Positions 35,939-49,444 of a DNA stretch of 64,000 nucleotides are shown in pieces. Within the stretch, counting starts at the first letter, position 1. Each line of letters opens with the position of its first letter. Source of the stretch: Hydrolagus colliei (lineage: Eukaryota); NCBI GenBank assembly GCA_035084275.1, contig CM068754.1, forward strand, positions 8,184,001 to 8,248,000. The letters are read 5' to 3'. A program made the position numbers and the translations under genes. The notes beneath the pieces were generated by a model. The model did no database searches, had not been told where the DNA came from, and saw only the letters and a list, made by a program, of their open reading frames with translations.

Positions 35939-38687
35939 TAACATCCCAGATGTTATCATATATGAATTGAGCTATCAAACCGCAAAGTATTGTTGTTGTT
36001 CCATCTGGGTCAAATCATTCGATTTTGGTCCTTTATAGATATCAAGCTGGTGGTTTAATTGTGATGGTTTTATTATTGCAACTGGTGTAACTTTCTATTG
36101 ATATGTTGTGGGAGCAACTGCACAAAATGTAAATCTACATTTATTTCATCAGATTTGTTGCAAAATTTACAATATCCAGTACCAGAAACTATTTACCTAA
36201 ACATTTAGGAAGAAGATGGTTGATAGCAATCAGTATGAAGTGAACAAACCCTTCATCACTCGCATTTAGTTTTCATCAAACCCGAAGGTCATGTAATCTT
36301 TTCAGTTTACTTTGGCTACTTCCCTCCTGCAGACTAGCTCGCAGACCGCCACGTTAATTATTCAAAGCCCTGTGACCTTGCTACCACTCAGTGTACATGA
36401 TTAATTTACTCTATATCTATCTGGAATGGCTCGTTACCCTCTATTCTTTCCCAGGTCTTAACTTTCGCACGAGAGAGAGATTTAAAGTTTTCTGAACCCA
36501 GAAACTTTGCCTTAAGAGTGGTCTAATTTTTTCCCACCAAATTGAAAACACTCAATGCCATAATCAACTCCAGTCCAATTAACCGTCACAGGAACTTCTC
36601 AGGCAGAGAGTCATGGACCTCCCAACCTAGATTTTCCATGAACAGTACAGACCCTCCCACTCTGCAAAACATCAATGAGCAGACAGACCCTACTCCACTG
36701 TACCCACTGTCAAAACTGATTCCTTCCCATCACAGCAAACAGCAATAGAGTATCATGTGTCATCCTATAACACAACAGCAAAGACATCCTATTCCTTCCC
36801 TCTCTGCTTTCAGCAGGAACTTGGAAAGAAGAGTCACATTGTTCCCAGCAGCTCAAATTGGGGAAGGGGTAGAATGTCAGGACTTCCACTTCTGATTACT
36901 AAACATAGACTCCCAAGTTAATGTGCACTCATGTGGACATTGAATAATACTCAGTCATATGGATGGCTCTTTATTTAAATAGTGTTGGTAACACTAAATA
37001 TCAAGTTACATGGGGGAATAGTTTATTGTGAGAAGTATAGAAAGTGGCTGCCCATGCCCATGGAAAGAAACCCCAGTAGTACCATCCGTTTCAAGTGAAG
37101 AGAAACAATGTACTGTATTACATTTAAAGCAGATGAATTTGTTGTGTTTCTACTGAAAGACTCCTGGGCTAATTTACAGAGTTAATAAAAGGAGGTGGAA
37201 AACACTGAACACAGTAAAGGCACTTTATTTCATCTACTATTCACACAGCTCAAACTCTGCTCAAGATCTCAAGTAAGATGTAACATTAGGTACGGTACTC
37301 TCTTTTCTTTTCGGTAACATTTATGCTACAAGAAACTGTTTATCTCGTCAATTGCAAGAATGGAATATTCAGTGACACTTGACCCAACTCAGGTTCATCT
37401 TTTAGAATAAACAAACTCATTACACGGTTTCAAAGCAAAAGGAGTTCCATAACACCCTTATGTGTTATTAAAATGGAATGTTTGATTCCGGCTGAATGAA
37501 TGTACCACTGGGAAATAACATGCTCTTTCTTCCCTTTCCGATCACTAGAATTACAGATTGCCCCATCCTCCATTTCATGCAGATAGAAGGATTCAGATTG
37601 GAGGATTCAGATTGCTGCAAGTATGATTTCAGCTTTCAAAATCCAAAAGGTGATGCAGCACTAATTCAGCATAATCCATAATGTTGGGAATCAGGCGTTA
37701 CAATCCAATAGTCACTGTCTTAACTGCAATACCAATAGCTAAAAGTGCCACCCAGTACCAAGCATTGGACACATTGTACTGGTAAATCATCCCTGACCAT
37801 GTTAGTACTGGATCCATTTATTTTTAAATGAGGGATTCATCTCTCCTGGCCCACTCCCCGAATTACCCCCATCCCAGACCAGCCAAATTACGGAAATATC
37901 TTGCTCCAGCAATTTGTGATGGCTGATCCCCTGTCACCAACCATTATACCAGGGAAAGGAAGAGTGGACTGCACAAAATAGCAATGTGATGTGTTGTGCT
38001 ACTGCATTGGCACATTCCCATTATTCTAAGAAACAACGTGCCTTGAACTGGTCAAGAATTCTGCCTTCCATCCAAAGACTAGAGTTCCTCAATTCAGGGC
38101 ACTTTGAGTCTCAACTTAAATAAGATGTGTGATGGCAAAGCATTTTTTGTAATCACAATAGACTTCACTGCCTGTTATTCACACCAACTGGTGCAATTTC
38201 AATCACAAATGCTCCCAAACCAAGGAATTTTTAAAGGAATCATAGTAAGAAATACTGCAAATTAGATCTCATTATCTATGCAAATTATTAAATTTTGTAA
38301 TAAAATACATATGAGAAACATTCACATTGTGAGAAAATACAGATAATGTTGTTTAACAGGAATGTCCATGCAAGGTTTGTTTTTAGTTCCTATCACTGGG
38401 AATTGGGCAATTTCTACGCAAAAGTGGATTTATTGCAGTTTAGTGAGAGAGACACTGAAGCTCAAATTAAATGTTTATTTTACACGTTCAGAAAATCTAT
38501 GGTAGCAGATTGCCCTCATTTGCAATTACTAATTCCCACATTTTGCCAAATTTACTGAGGGGTCAAAATTTAAATATTCGCAGAAAAGATATGTTGTCAG
38601 GAAATCCAGCGTGTCCAACCCTCCAGAACTCTGCTCAGTCAGTAACTTCGAGGAAGTCAAAACTGACGGTGAAACTGCAGGCCCACA

Positions 38688-38820
38688 AACATTTAGAGCA
38701 CAGAAGAAGGCCATTTGACCATCGTGTCTGTGCCGGCTCTTTGACAAAGAGATACATTCAAGTCTATTTACCTTACTTTTCCCCCACGTCCTGCATATCA
38801 TTCCATTTTAGATACCTGTG
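38688..38820 (-). mobile_element. CR1 3' UTR fragment
   Basis: agcacagaagaaggccatttgaccatcgtgtctgtgccggctctttg resembles the reverse complement of recalled chondrichthyan CR1 3' ends. Confidence 0.7.
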
Positions 38821-38939
38821 CCATTCCAGAAGGCTACCAACAATATGGCTAGGATTTGCTCACGCCTTTAAAGCCCTGTATTTTCTTTCATGTTTACAAC
38901 ATTCAAAATGGAGGTTGACAGAGACCTCTTGAGGCAAAG

Positions 38940-39330
38940 GAACCAGATGGTGTGGCACTAATCAACACAGAATGAGTAGATCCTGGATTTGATCTCAAGC
39001 TTGTGCTGCATTAACTCATCTCATCTGATCAGCAATGGCGGGAGATTCAACCAGTGTCTGTGGAATCTCTGGCGAAGGAAGGGAGAAATTAACCTGGTTC
39101 CTGAACCCAATCACAATCCAGTAACCTCTGCTGGAAGCATGTGTAGATGTGTGCTGGTGAGCGTGGGGGTCAGCCTCAGCTGTGATGGCTTCCATGGCCA
39201 ATTAACCCACCAACCGTCACTCTCCAGTATCCTGTATGAAGGATGGTCGCCTGATAGAGTTATTGGAAGGCTGCCATCGCTCGCTAAACCATTACACAGC
39301 ATGATTCATTGCCTTCAGGAGAGGACGAAT
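38940..39330 (+). mobile_element. Near full-length ancient SINE family B
   Basis: ttgatctc...tgtgctgcattaactcatctca...ggaagggagaaattaacctggttcctg...aatccagtaacctctgctggaag...gcctcagctgtgatg...gccttcaggagagg. Confidence 0.65.
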
Positions 39331-39522
39331 AAGGGGAACTGCATGTTACTAAATTATGTAAAGGATCCTTATTTGTAAGAGGCCAATTTTATTTCCTCCT
39401 GCTTTCCCGATTTCGCCAGTACAGGCATTCGATAGCCAAGTGCTATTTTTCATGCGAGAGCTTGAACATCAAGCACAATCAGATGTATCAATCGTGGAGG
39501 GTGTCGTGGATAATAGTACCAA

Positions 39523-39615
39523 CAATAATAATCCTTGCATTTTGATAGGGCAAGCTCATTTCATGCGGAGAGGACATCTCAAAGCACTTCACAGGAGTCA
39601 CTATTTTCGTAGGTG
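39523..39615 (-). mobile_element. SINE tail fragment
   Basis: aataataatccttgcattttgatag...gacatctcaaagcacttcacag. Confidence 0.7.
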
Positions 39616-40339
39616 CTAAACCTGATCTTGTTCTCTTTTCATGTCCTTCCATCTGGACGTGGGAGGGAGAGAGATTGATGGAAGAAAGAATCCAAGCTGT
39701 GTTTTTTTCCATACCTGACATAGGGGGCAATTGTATATAATGCATTGACTAATGCCCTAATTGAGATCACCAAAGATTTAGGATTTAAACCTGCAAACTT
39801 TGGACTTGTATGTAATTTGTGCTGTAATGAGAACCTTAACACATTCATTTGAATGACATTCTCCCATTCGGTCCTGTTGTTTCCAAGATAGAAAAGCACA
39901 AGCATAACCACTGGTTAACTTTTTGTGCAGAAAATTAGATCATAGATTTAAAAAAACACTTTATACTCATTATGTTGAGCAGTCATTCTTTGGGGGTTAC
40001 TTTTGCAACACCAAATGTAAATATTCACCCAGCATATTATTTCAGAACAAAGATTCAAGGAAAGGTCCTTGTGGAATGGGGATGTGGTGGAAATCCAATC
40101 CTTTGTCGGAATAATTTTCATGAAAATCAGCATGATAACTAGCAGGAGTTGATTGTGTGCAGCACATTGTCAATCACTGACATCTACAGTATAATATATC
40201 AGATGCATGGATTAAAAAAGAACAAGTAAGGGTTTTTAAAAGCTCAATGTTCTGCTTGTTTGTGTCTGTGCTGTCTATGCTGTGTCTGTGATATTCACAC
40301 ATATAATGCACCAAATTCCCCTTCATACCATCAATTTGT

Positions 40340-40520
40340 CTTAAATTTGAAGATTATGTAGAGAATTCTTAAATTTAATTAGAATCTGGCAGCTGGCTTT
40401 CCACAATTGATAAAATAAACCAGTTTCAAATTGAGACTGAATTTAGGATTTGTTTTACACAATGTAAAGATTTACAGGCTAGGATAAGTTTTAATTTGGG
40501 AGACAATTGTATGCATTCAC
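40340..40520. repeat. Unclassified palindromic repeat, further copy
   Basis: attcttaaatttaattagaatctggcagctgg...aaccagtttcaaattgagactgaatttagga matches the copy at 2565-2700. Confidence 0.55.
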
Positions 40521-42592
40521 TTGAAGTGGGTTAATTTGGGGTACATAGCATATTAACATAAAACAATTATATTAAAACACAAACCAAGTGTAGGTCTAAT
40601 TCAATCATCTGTACAACAACTTGCATTCAGATAGGGTCCTTCACCCAGGGCAGTATCATGGAACAGTTAGTGTTAATCACCTTAGGAAGACTAGGACATG
40701 AGTTTAAGCCAGTCAGTCATGATGGGACAAAAGCAGATGCGTTCAGAGCTGTCGAGTTATTAAGTTATTAATCAATCATCCTTCGCTCTTCTGTCTATCA
40801 AGAAAGTGCAGAGTGTTTGGCAAAATATAATACAGTACTTAACAATAATACCTCTTTAACAAAACTTCCATCTGCAATAGGTTTTTCAACTTCCCATTAT
40901 ACAAACACCAGGAATAGGATTCACAAATGGCGTGAAGTCATAAGCTTCAATTATTTAAATCCCAAACATTTGTGTAATGTTTCATTGAGAGTATTTTCGA
41001 GCTTGCTAATTCATTCCTCATCATCGATCACACCACATACACGAGACAAGAAGTGTTCTGTTATGACCAAAAGATAATGAATACTTCTCTGAATGAGGTC
41101 ACAGTTGAAGTGATCATTGTTAAGAACCAGAATGAGTAATTATGGTACAAAAAAAACAATCACAGATGCATAGCAGAATCTAGCCTGTGGGCAGCAAAGA
41201 AAACCTGTAGTCTTGATCTGCACTGCTGCTCTTCCTTCTCCACAGAATAAATCTTATCACATCTGAATACTCTGTGAATAAACTATGTGCAGTCTATGCC
41301 ATTCATTATGAACTGAAGAGTTTTAAACCAGAAAAAAATTAGATACTCTAAGAACCAACTTTTAAACTCATGTTAACAAAAGCAACAGGGCAAGAGCCCC
41401 AGTCGTTCTTTGATATATCTGTTTATATAATAGTCTGTTGAATGAGTTAACAAGCACTGTTCCGAGCACAAGTTATTTTCCATAGATCACTGTGTATCAC
41501 ACATTTACATATGTCCCTTTGCTGAAGACCCTTGTTTCATGTTTGTGAGCATGGAGGACAACTGGCACCACACAGTGGGACAACAGAACTGTGACAAAGC
41601 CCAGCCAAGAGGAAAGGAAACAAAAAAGGAATATGACATTACAGTCATACAGAAAAAGGTGCAACGTAACATATGTACTGCCACATGGGATCTTGGTCTT
41701 GCTGCGCCTAGTGTACCTTTTTTTACTTGACATGTACGTGCTGTGTGCACTAGTGACAGCTGTTTTGTATAAAGGAGGCTTCAGGGCGACAGTGACTTTT
41801 AAATTCACAGCAAGCTGCTATTTTTGTTACCTGCCTTTCGTTCTTGGGGAGGTCCAACTGTAAGCCTCATGGCCGATTACAGCCGACAGCCTATACCTGG
41901 AGGCACCTGCTCACGAAATCACCAAGTGTCTCAAGAAAGTACTTCAGTGGTTAGACTTCTCAGCACAGGTCAACCGACTGAGCTTTTCCTTTAAATGCAG
42001 AACCCTAAGCACCTTAACTCATGTCTTCAGATTCTTTGGCACTACAGTTGCAGTTTGCATGTTAATACTTGTATTTCAACAACCGAGTCCTGCCCTGTTT
42101 TCACCCAATTGCTACCATGGGTGCATTTTATAGCAAGCATTGCTCAATCAGAAACATACACCTGGACCCTGTAGCTGGCTGTAATATACTCGAGGGGTCT
42201 TGATATCATTATTGTTATATATATATATATATATCCACAGTTTGGATTGCACTACATGGCTATAACCCTGTCCCATTTCACTATTTTACAGAAGACGCAA
42301 ACTATATATAGCACATACACATTGAATTATTATTTATGATGTTTACGCATTACCTGGGAGACTAGCCTGCTGGCTACAGATTTGCTGCATTGAAGGTACC
42401 TTTTAAAAATATTTGTTCTCCAATTTGGTTCCTTTTCCCATCTCCTCTTCTCTTCAATGAGTTTGACACCTTTGTTCTCTTTGCTTCTGCAATGCTCTTC
42501 CGTGGACATTGGGCTCCCTAAGGTACAGTACTAGGCTCAAGTGGACATTCTTGATGAATCTAACAACGAGTGTATGAGTGTTGCAGGTGATT

Positions 42593-42595
<3 letters not shown>

Positions 42596-42624
<29 letters not shown>
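42596..42624. repeat. (GT)n microsatellite
   Basis: Seen directly. Confidence 0.95.
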
Positions 42625-43352
42625 GTGGTGGGAGGTTGAGAATCGCAGTCAAACCTGATTTTTAATAACAATATCAAGCAGTTTGCTAAGAGTTCCTGGA
42701 CACCTCGAAGACGTGATATGACACTAGATCAAAGGCAAGGATTACTATTATTAGCTACCAAATCAACTAAGATCTTGAGCAGACAATTGGGGGATGAGCT
42801 CAGGGAAATTCTCACACATTCCATTTGAACTTCCCTCTTCAGGGATTAAGACAATGAGAATTTGAGGCCTCTAAACTCTTGTAGTGCGATGAATACTAGT
42901 GATGGGGTTAGAGTTATTTTATGCAGGATTTTTACAGCTGATATAGAGGGGCAAGACCTTTAATGCATTGGTCTACCTCAGAGTTAAAATTCCAAGAGTG
43001 AAAAGGCAATGTGCTAACCTGGGTGGTCCCCTCATAAAAGATTCAGGAAAATTGCTGAATTCCAATACTTTCCTCACGTTGCTGGGAATAATTCACTACC
43101 ATTGTTGCAGAAAAATAGATAGCTATTAAGTTAGAGAACAAGTGAGTGCACAGTATATCATATTATAATATACAATAGAATGCATCAAGACTTTTGGTCC
43201 ACATTACGGACATTTCTTTTCACACCTCCACCACCCCCCAACTCAATAACGATGGGACATACATGAGAGCACTACTGATTTGAATGTCTCAAACCCATAG
43301 CCCATATTCCCAAATACAAAGTAAACTGCAGAGGTGTAGAAGTAGCATAATG

Positions 43353-43405
43353 TGGACGTCCCTCCGACGTGACAGGTACTATACAATGTGATTTTATTGT
43401 TGTTG
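43353..43405 (+). mobile_element. L2 3' tail only
   Basis: tggacgtccctccgacgtgacaggtactatacaatgtgattttattgttgttg. Confidence 0.75.
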
Positions 43406-44507
43406 AGTGACATTTATCTGTGCAGTATCTGTTCAATGCTCTTCCTCTCTCCTGCACACACACACACACAAAGAGAGAAACTGACTCTCCTCATGCTTTC
43501 TTTAAACAACAGATTTTCTAAATAAAAAATTGTACCTTGCAGTGTATCCAGTCCTGACGGATGCGTGTCTGTCGTCTTTTATTCTAATCTAATTCAGATT
43601 CAGTTTGAAATAGAGACAAGTCTATTTCTACAGCTGTTTTCCACAGCCTTTGCAAGTTAGTCAAGGAAACAACTTTCATTACCTATAACAGAAATATTCA
43701 TGACCAGGGCATGCACTTAGGTGACATTGATATCATTAGATTTACGAATATACAATTGTACAGTATAGAATTAATAGAAGTAACATAAGGTGATTGGAAT
43801 GAAATGCACAGCATGCTTCTCTGCAACACAATACAACGTGAAAACAGTTAAGCTGTGAGGACCGAGCTCATTATTTCAGAAAGCTTGATAATTGCGACGG
43901 GAAAATGCTCAAGAGCAGTAGCACTGCAAAGCAGAGAAGGTCTGAAAGACAGATGATCAAAAACTTCAAGTGATCGATTCACCCTACTCCTGACAGATGG
44001 GTGTTTATCAATGTTGCAAAGCCTCCAGGTCCACTCCAGGGATTTTGTTAAGGTTAACACTCCCAGCTACCAAACAAAGTTCTAAGGCAAATGAAAATTG
44101 AACTGCAAAGGACAAGCTGATTGCAACAGTCATAAGATAGGCATTCAGGAACAGAATGGGGGAGTTTTCAGAGTCTGAATGCTAAAGGGAGATTTTGTTT
44201 CTGGCCTTTATAGCTGATTCATTGGTGCAATTGAGAAACTACAGTCCCTCTTTCAGCAGTCTCTTGAGAGCTGAATCTTCACCTAGCTTCTTAATGACAT
44301 TCTTTCTGACTTGTACTCCCAGCAATGATTAAGTCTATTATTAGAAGCAGGTCTTGTCCACGCTAAAGGTACAATGATTAATGGAAAATGTTATACATAA
44401 TTCTTCCAGATTCTAAAGGCACACATCGCGGTGCTGCAATAATTTGATGGAACGTTTAAATATAGATCCCAATGATGATTTGATTAATGGGATAATAATT
44501 GAGCCCT

Positions 44508-44770
44508 AAGGCTTCTCCGATGGCCTAGTAGGTAAAAGTGTATCACTATGCCATTCAGACCTGAAGGTTCTGATTCCTAGTCTGTCCTGGATTAGCTGAT
44601 CTCAGCAGGGCCAACAGCTCAGGAGTCTGTAATTGGTCTGAGTGGCCTTGAGTGAGAGAAAAAGATTATGTTCCTGGTTCTGGGACCTTGTTGGAAAGTG
44701 TAGCTGTGAGCGAGAGAAGCACCAAGGGATCTTTAACTGTGAAGTGATGCAGGCCACAGTTGATTCGTGG
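44508..44770 (+). mobile_element. Ancient SINE family B with tRNA-like head
   Basis: gatggcctagtaggtaaa...agacctgaaggtt...agtctgtcctggattagctgatctcagcaggg...taattggtctgagtg...tgttggaaagtg. Confidence 0.6.
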
Positions 44771-45033
44771 AGATGGATGAATACCTTTGGAGCTTTTAAT
44801 TGATATCTTTGGAGTTCTTGGAATATGTACACAATACTTTCCCCAAGAGATGAAGTGGATATTCAAAATCTGAATTAAAAGGGGTTTTGACCAACTGTGG
44901 AAGGGGTGTGCTTGATGGGTAGATTGGGCTTTGCATTCCAGCACTGTTCTCTGCAAGTAAAAGCAACTATTGCTAATGGGACAAAGAATGCTTCTGTCCA
45001 GGTTTAAATCAAACTACTTTGCTGATGTTATAA

Positions 45034-45034
45034 T

Positions 45035-45065
<31 letters not shown>

Positions 45066-45069
45066 GGGG
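45034..45069. repeat. (TG)n followed by a poly-G run
   Basis: Seen directly. Confidence 0.9.
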
Positions 45070-45149
45070 AAACAGTTGATAATTATTTACTGAAATCTCA
45101 TTAGTCCTCAAACGGTTAGATGTGATAATTATCTGTCTAAAAATAACAC

Positions 45150-45333
45150 AATAATATAAATTGGTCATTTCAATCCACAACTGTTTGTGAGACACTGCTG
45201 TGCGCAATTGGCTGCCGTGTTTCGCCCACAAATATACTGTCAATTCTCATTACAGTATATTCTGTGAAGTGCTTTGAGATATCAATAAGATGTGAAAAGC
45301 ACTATATCAATTGCAAGGACTATTATTATTATT
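45150..45333 (+). mobile_element. 5'-truncated SINE
   Basis: aaattggtcatttcaatcca...gctgtgcgcaattggctgccgtgtttcgcccac...gtgaagtgctttgaga...gtgaaaagcactatatcaattgcaaggac(tat)n. Confidence 0.9.
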
Positions 45334-45566
45334 GAATCTGACATGCATCCACTCATTTTTCACCCAATACTGTGGGTGGCTGGTGGGATTTTCTGTCATG
45401 AGGTGGGAGAGTGGGTCTTCAGAACTGGAATTTAGGGTTGGGGGGGTGGGGAAGAAGCACATAAAGCAAGAGAAGGGAAAGACTTAGACATTCTTAAGAA
45501 TGGCTCAAATGGAAAGGATGTCTGTATTTATCTGTGTGTCGGTTGTAGGTTTCTGAAACAATAATA

Positions 45567-45776
45567 CAGTAAAAGCCCATTTATCCGGCACCATTGCAAC
45601 CTGGCCAATGCCAGTTAAAGCGCCTGCTGGATATTTGGCTGAAAATGCAAAAAAAAGCAATGTCAGTGCATTTTTCCGGATAAATTACAGTTAATCGAAT
45701 GCGGACCTTTTTTTTTGCGATGCCGGTTATATGGAAGTTATGGTTGATCGGGTGCAGGATAAACAGGCTTTTACTG
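45567..45776. mobile_element. pogo/Tigger-type MITE (210 bp) with TA TSD
   Basis: TA|cagtaaaagcccatttatcc ... ggataaacaggcttttactg|TA gives 20-bp TIRs with 2 mismatches and TA on both sides. Confidence 0.9.
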
Positions 45777-45778
45777 TA

Positions 45779-46067
45779 CTTGAATTTGGTTTAGCGCTTT
45801 TCACGTCTTCTAGACATTTCAAAGCACGTCACAGAATATTCTATAAAGTGAATTGACTGTATATATTTGGGGAAAAATGCAGCAGCCAATTGCGCACAGC
45901 AGTATGCCATGAACAGTTGTGGATAGAGTTGACCCAATTTTTTTTGGAGGGATTATTATTAGGCATGTGGAGTAAGGAAACTTGCCCAAGGCTTCGCCTT
46001 GCCTGGAATAGAACCCAGGTCTCTCACTTGCAAGGCGAGTGTTCTAACCACTAAGCTGCAGGACTCC
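45779..46067 (-). mobile_element. Full-length tRNA-derived SINE, short-core subfamily
   Basis: The head rc is ggagtcctgcagcttagtggttagaacactcgccttgcaagtgagagacctgggttctattccagg (A box, TGC anticodon-like loop, B box), followed by ccttgggcaagtt and the L2-type tail. Confidence 0.9.
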
Positions 46068-47059
46068 TGTGTATGCATGTTAGGAGGCTCATTTTTTGTT
46101 AAATTGTACACATCCAGTTATATGCCATCCACGTTTTAGTACCTATAAAACATATGTACACAGTAGGAAAATAATCACAGCTCCACTGAGGCAGAAAGAT
46201 AGTACGGTCTTTCAAATGTTGCCTTGCACATTTTCATTGGGAGGGGAATCTCATGCTGTGCCCTTGGAAATCAGAGGCTGGGAATCAGCTCTAAAACTGG
46301 ACTGCTGTGGCCTGAAATCAAAAGAATCACTTAGTCATCAAAGCCTGGGATACCTTTAATCAGTGGCACTGACAGAAAGATCAGCAATCACCTGCGCTTA
46401 TTACCATGGGCTGTGTTGACATTCAACATAAAATGATTTGAGGTCAATGCGAAATACAAAGAGGGAGAAAAAAAAATCTGCTTGTGATTGTATAAAATAC
46501 AGTATTAACGGAGCGGAAGGGCACAGATCAAGGACGCAATTTTCCTCTCTGGTTTACAGGCATATGTTGCAGCATCCAATCATGTAGACATGTCCCAGAC
46601 GTGTGCCCACATGCAGAAATTCAATTCTAAGTCCACGCTTTGCTTGCTGGTTATCTTTGATCATGCCCACCAATGTCAATTGTACACATAATAGAAAATG
46701 CTTCTCCTTTTCCCCCGATAAATGATGCATCACTGCGCACCCACGTTCAGCGACTCCAGTCACATCACAATGGGTATAGCCTTCGCTCAGTGAGCAGATG
46801 AGCTCGCTTTTCTTTTGCTGATCTACTCTCCCCTCCCACACTGTCCCACTCCTGCAGGCACTGACACCAGAGTCATTTTAGTTTTCTAATAAACTTACAT
46901 AGATATATATCTTTATCAGTAAGTTGATTAATATATACTGTATAAGTTTTTCAATAAGTAATGCACCAGGAATGCCAGATGCCCAACTCGTCATTCCTTA
47001 TGTGTAAACCTACAAGTTGCATATTGGACTGGCCAGGCTGGTCACCTGTACATCATTGT

Positions 47060-47320
47060 TCTCGAGCCTGATCCTGTGGCCAGTGATTGTCACAGTTGAT
47101 ATGAGCCGAGAGTGGGAACACCACAATTGAGCAAACTTACCCCCAGTTGATCAAAAAGAGCTGCAGATTCATCTTTCTGCTCCACTAACTCCTGTTGGAA
47201 AGTATGTGTGCGCCTATTGGGCATCTGGAATAGCCCAATATTAACCCTAACCTAGGATTGAGAGAGACCAGCTAAGTTAGCACAAAGCAGAGATCAAAGC
47301 AGACACCATCTTCTGAATAG
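47060..47320 (-). mobile_element. Ancient SINE family B-related fragments
   Basis: gagcctgatcctgt...gagaccagctaagttagcacaaagcagagatcaaa. Confidence 0.4.
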
Positions 47321-49444
47321 CTCAGTGCAAACACTTCCTGGTGCCAGGAAACTTGTAACTCAATAGTACACATTTTTTTATATACAGATGAACAAACAAC
47401 TGTGGCAAAATGAATCCATTTGAACTTGCTTTAAAAATGTTATTGTGAAAATCTGGGGATAGCTTATTCGAAAACTTCCCTTGCACAGTCGTCAGGGCTC
47501 TTTTAGACAACTTCACTGTAGAAGTTGAGATTTGTTTGTCTTGAACAAAACAGGTTAAGGCTACCAGCAGATCGCTGCCTTGAAATGGAGGAAAGATGCT
47601 CAAGCTGCACTTCGTATCCACCAGGGACAGAACCTCACTTCGAACCCCACTTCTTTCCATTCTTCTGACAAGTCACCTCTACCAGCACAAGTAATATCAG
47701 GAACACATGTCAGCAGGAACATACTGCCACAGTCAACTCTGCCAAGCGATAGGAAACAGAAAGACAACAGCTTTCAAGCCTGCAGGTGAATGAGTCAAGC
47801 TTATATTCAATTGAACACTCACATGGCTTCTCCTGATGGCTCGGCAGGTAAATGTACCAACCAATTTTTTTTTCCATATAATGCCTGGCTTTGTGTCTCT
47901 CTCTGAAGCATAACAAGTGTTTTGAAACAGGGTCTCACTTCTTTTAAGAGTGTTCAATGATAATACTTTAAATGCTGGAACATTCCTGGTGCCAGAATAT
48001 GTGAAAGTACACAGCAAAATTGTCAATGTGCACTTTAGGCATGAGTCATCGAACTCCAGCTTTCTTCCCTCCCCGAGATTAAGACAGTCTCCCTTTAAAT
48101 GCATTGATCAAACCAATCTCCTGAACAGCTAGAGACTGAATAGGCTTCTTTTTATCTATACTGATGCTGGAATTTATGAAAAAACAACTCATGATAATGT
48201 TTAATAGTCAAGACAAGCTGGTAACCCAGGAGTCAACAATGAAATGTGCAGGGTGACAAGTTCATTGGTGACCCCTGCTTGGCTTTAAGCCCAACCATTG
48301 GGAGAGGGAGACATTCATTCAACGTGACATCGACTGAATATCAATAAGGGTGACATTTTCGGTTATGTGGCCTGGCCAGTAAGGTGGCAAACATCAAGAA
48401 ATGCATTGAATAACAACAGCCCAAACTGGGAAACTGAGAAAAGCAACAACCAATCTACGCCATTTCAGACTGATGCATCTACAGCAATACTGTAATCAGC
48501 AGAAAGATTTGGGTTCAAGATCCATTAACAGTTGATACTGTGTACTGAAGTCTGATAGAACAGCTATGAATCACAGCACTGTTAACCTCAGTCATTACCC
48601 TACTTGTTATGCAGTTTTTCATGGGCACTGGAAAGGCTATTTGCAATTAAAAAAAAGCAACGATAAACTGCATCGATGCACAGTTGAGTAAAATGTAATG
48701 TTCTGATTGACTGGTAAAGACCTTTGATTAGAAGAATTAAGAACTAAACCGTCAACATAATGGAGCAGAACATAACCTCGTATTTGGAGTATAATTCCCA
48801 ATTGTTACAAAGAAGCACAGCAGAAAAGTGATAATCTGGAAATAAATTCAAAGCAATGCTATTTATTTTTCCATCCCTTATACTGTATTCCCGGTTCCCC
48901 CATACTCAACTGTGAATCTGAGCTTGATATTTGCTTTCAGGCCTCTGCTAATGCTGCTGTACTAACCAAGGGCCAGAGATATTTTCCTTGCAAGTTACTC
49001 TCTCTGAAGTTTTATGTTGGTCAGCTGGATGTCTGATGTTAAAAAGTATCCGAACCAAACTGAGAGTTCCACGCATCTATGCCACCTACATATGGAAAGT
49101 TCCTGCAGGAACACAAAGGCTTATTTAATTCCAAGGAGCATTAGGAGTATCACCAACTAAAAACATAGCTTGATTTGCCATTGAGAGTATTGTCTGGGCA
49201 CGTCCCACTGCTTTTCCATCTATGCCAACCCAACCCATGGTCTTTGGCTGCACACTGAATAGCTGAGTGTGAAGATTCCCTACTCTCTCGGAAGGAATGG
49301 GGCCCAGAAATTCTTACATGTCACAGTTGTGACTAGGAACACACCTTGTGGAGAATTAGAGATTATTTTTACGTTACATGACATTGAAACCGAGGTCCCA
49401 TTTGCCTGTTCATATGTATGCTGACGGTGCCACAATACAATTGT

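Noticed and set aside
38471-39378. 153-aa and 129-aa ORFs
   Set aside because: They run through a CR1 3' UTR and an ancient SINE and have no domain signature.
45995-46067. tRNA-Ala(TGC)-like sequence (also at 7805, 13230, 16580, 35410)
   Set aside because: These are SINE heads: no complete acceptor stem, and continuous with the SINE body.
47560-47789. Open frame of about 75 codons ending near CAG|gtgaat
   Set aside because: No in-frame acceptor (a stop directly upstream) and no recognisable homology.
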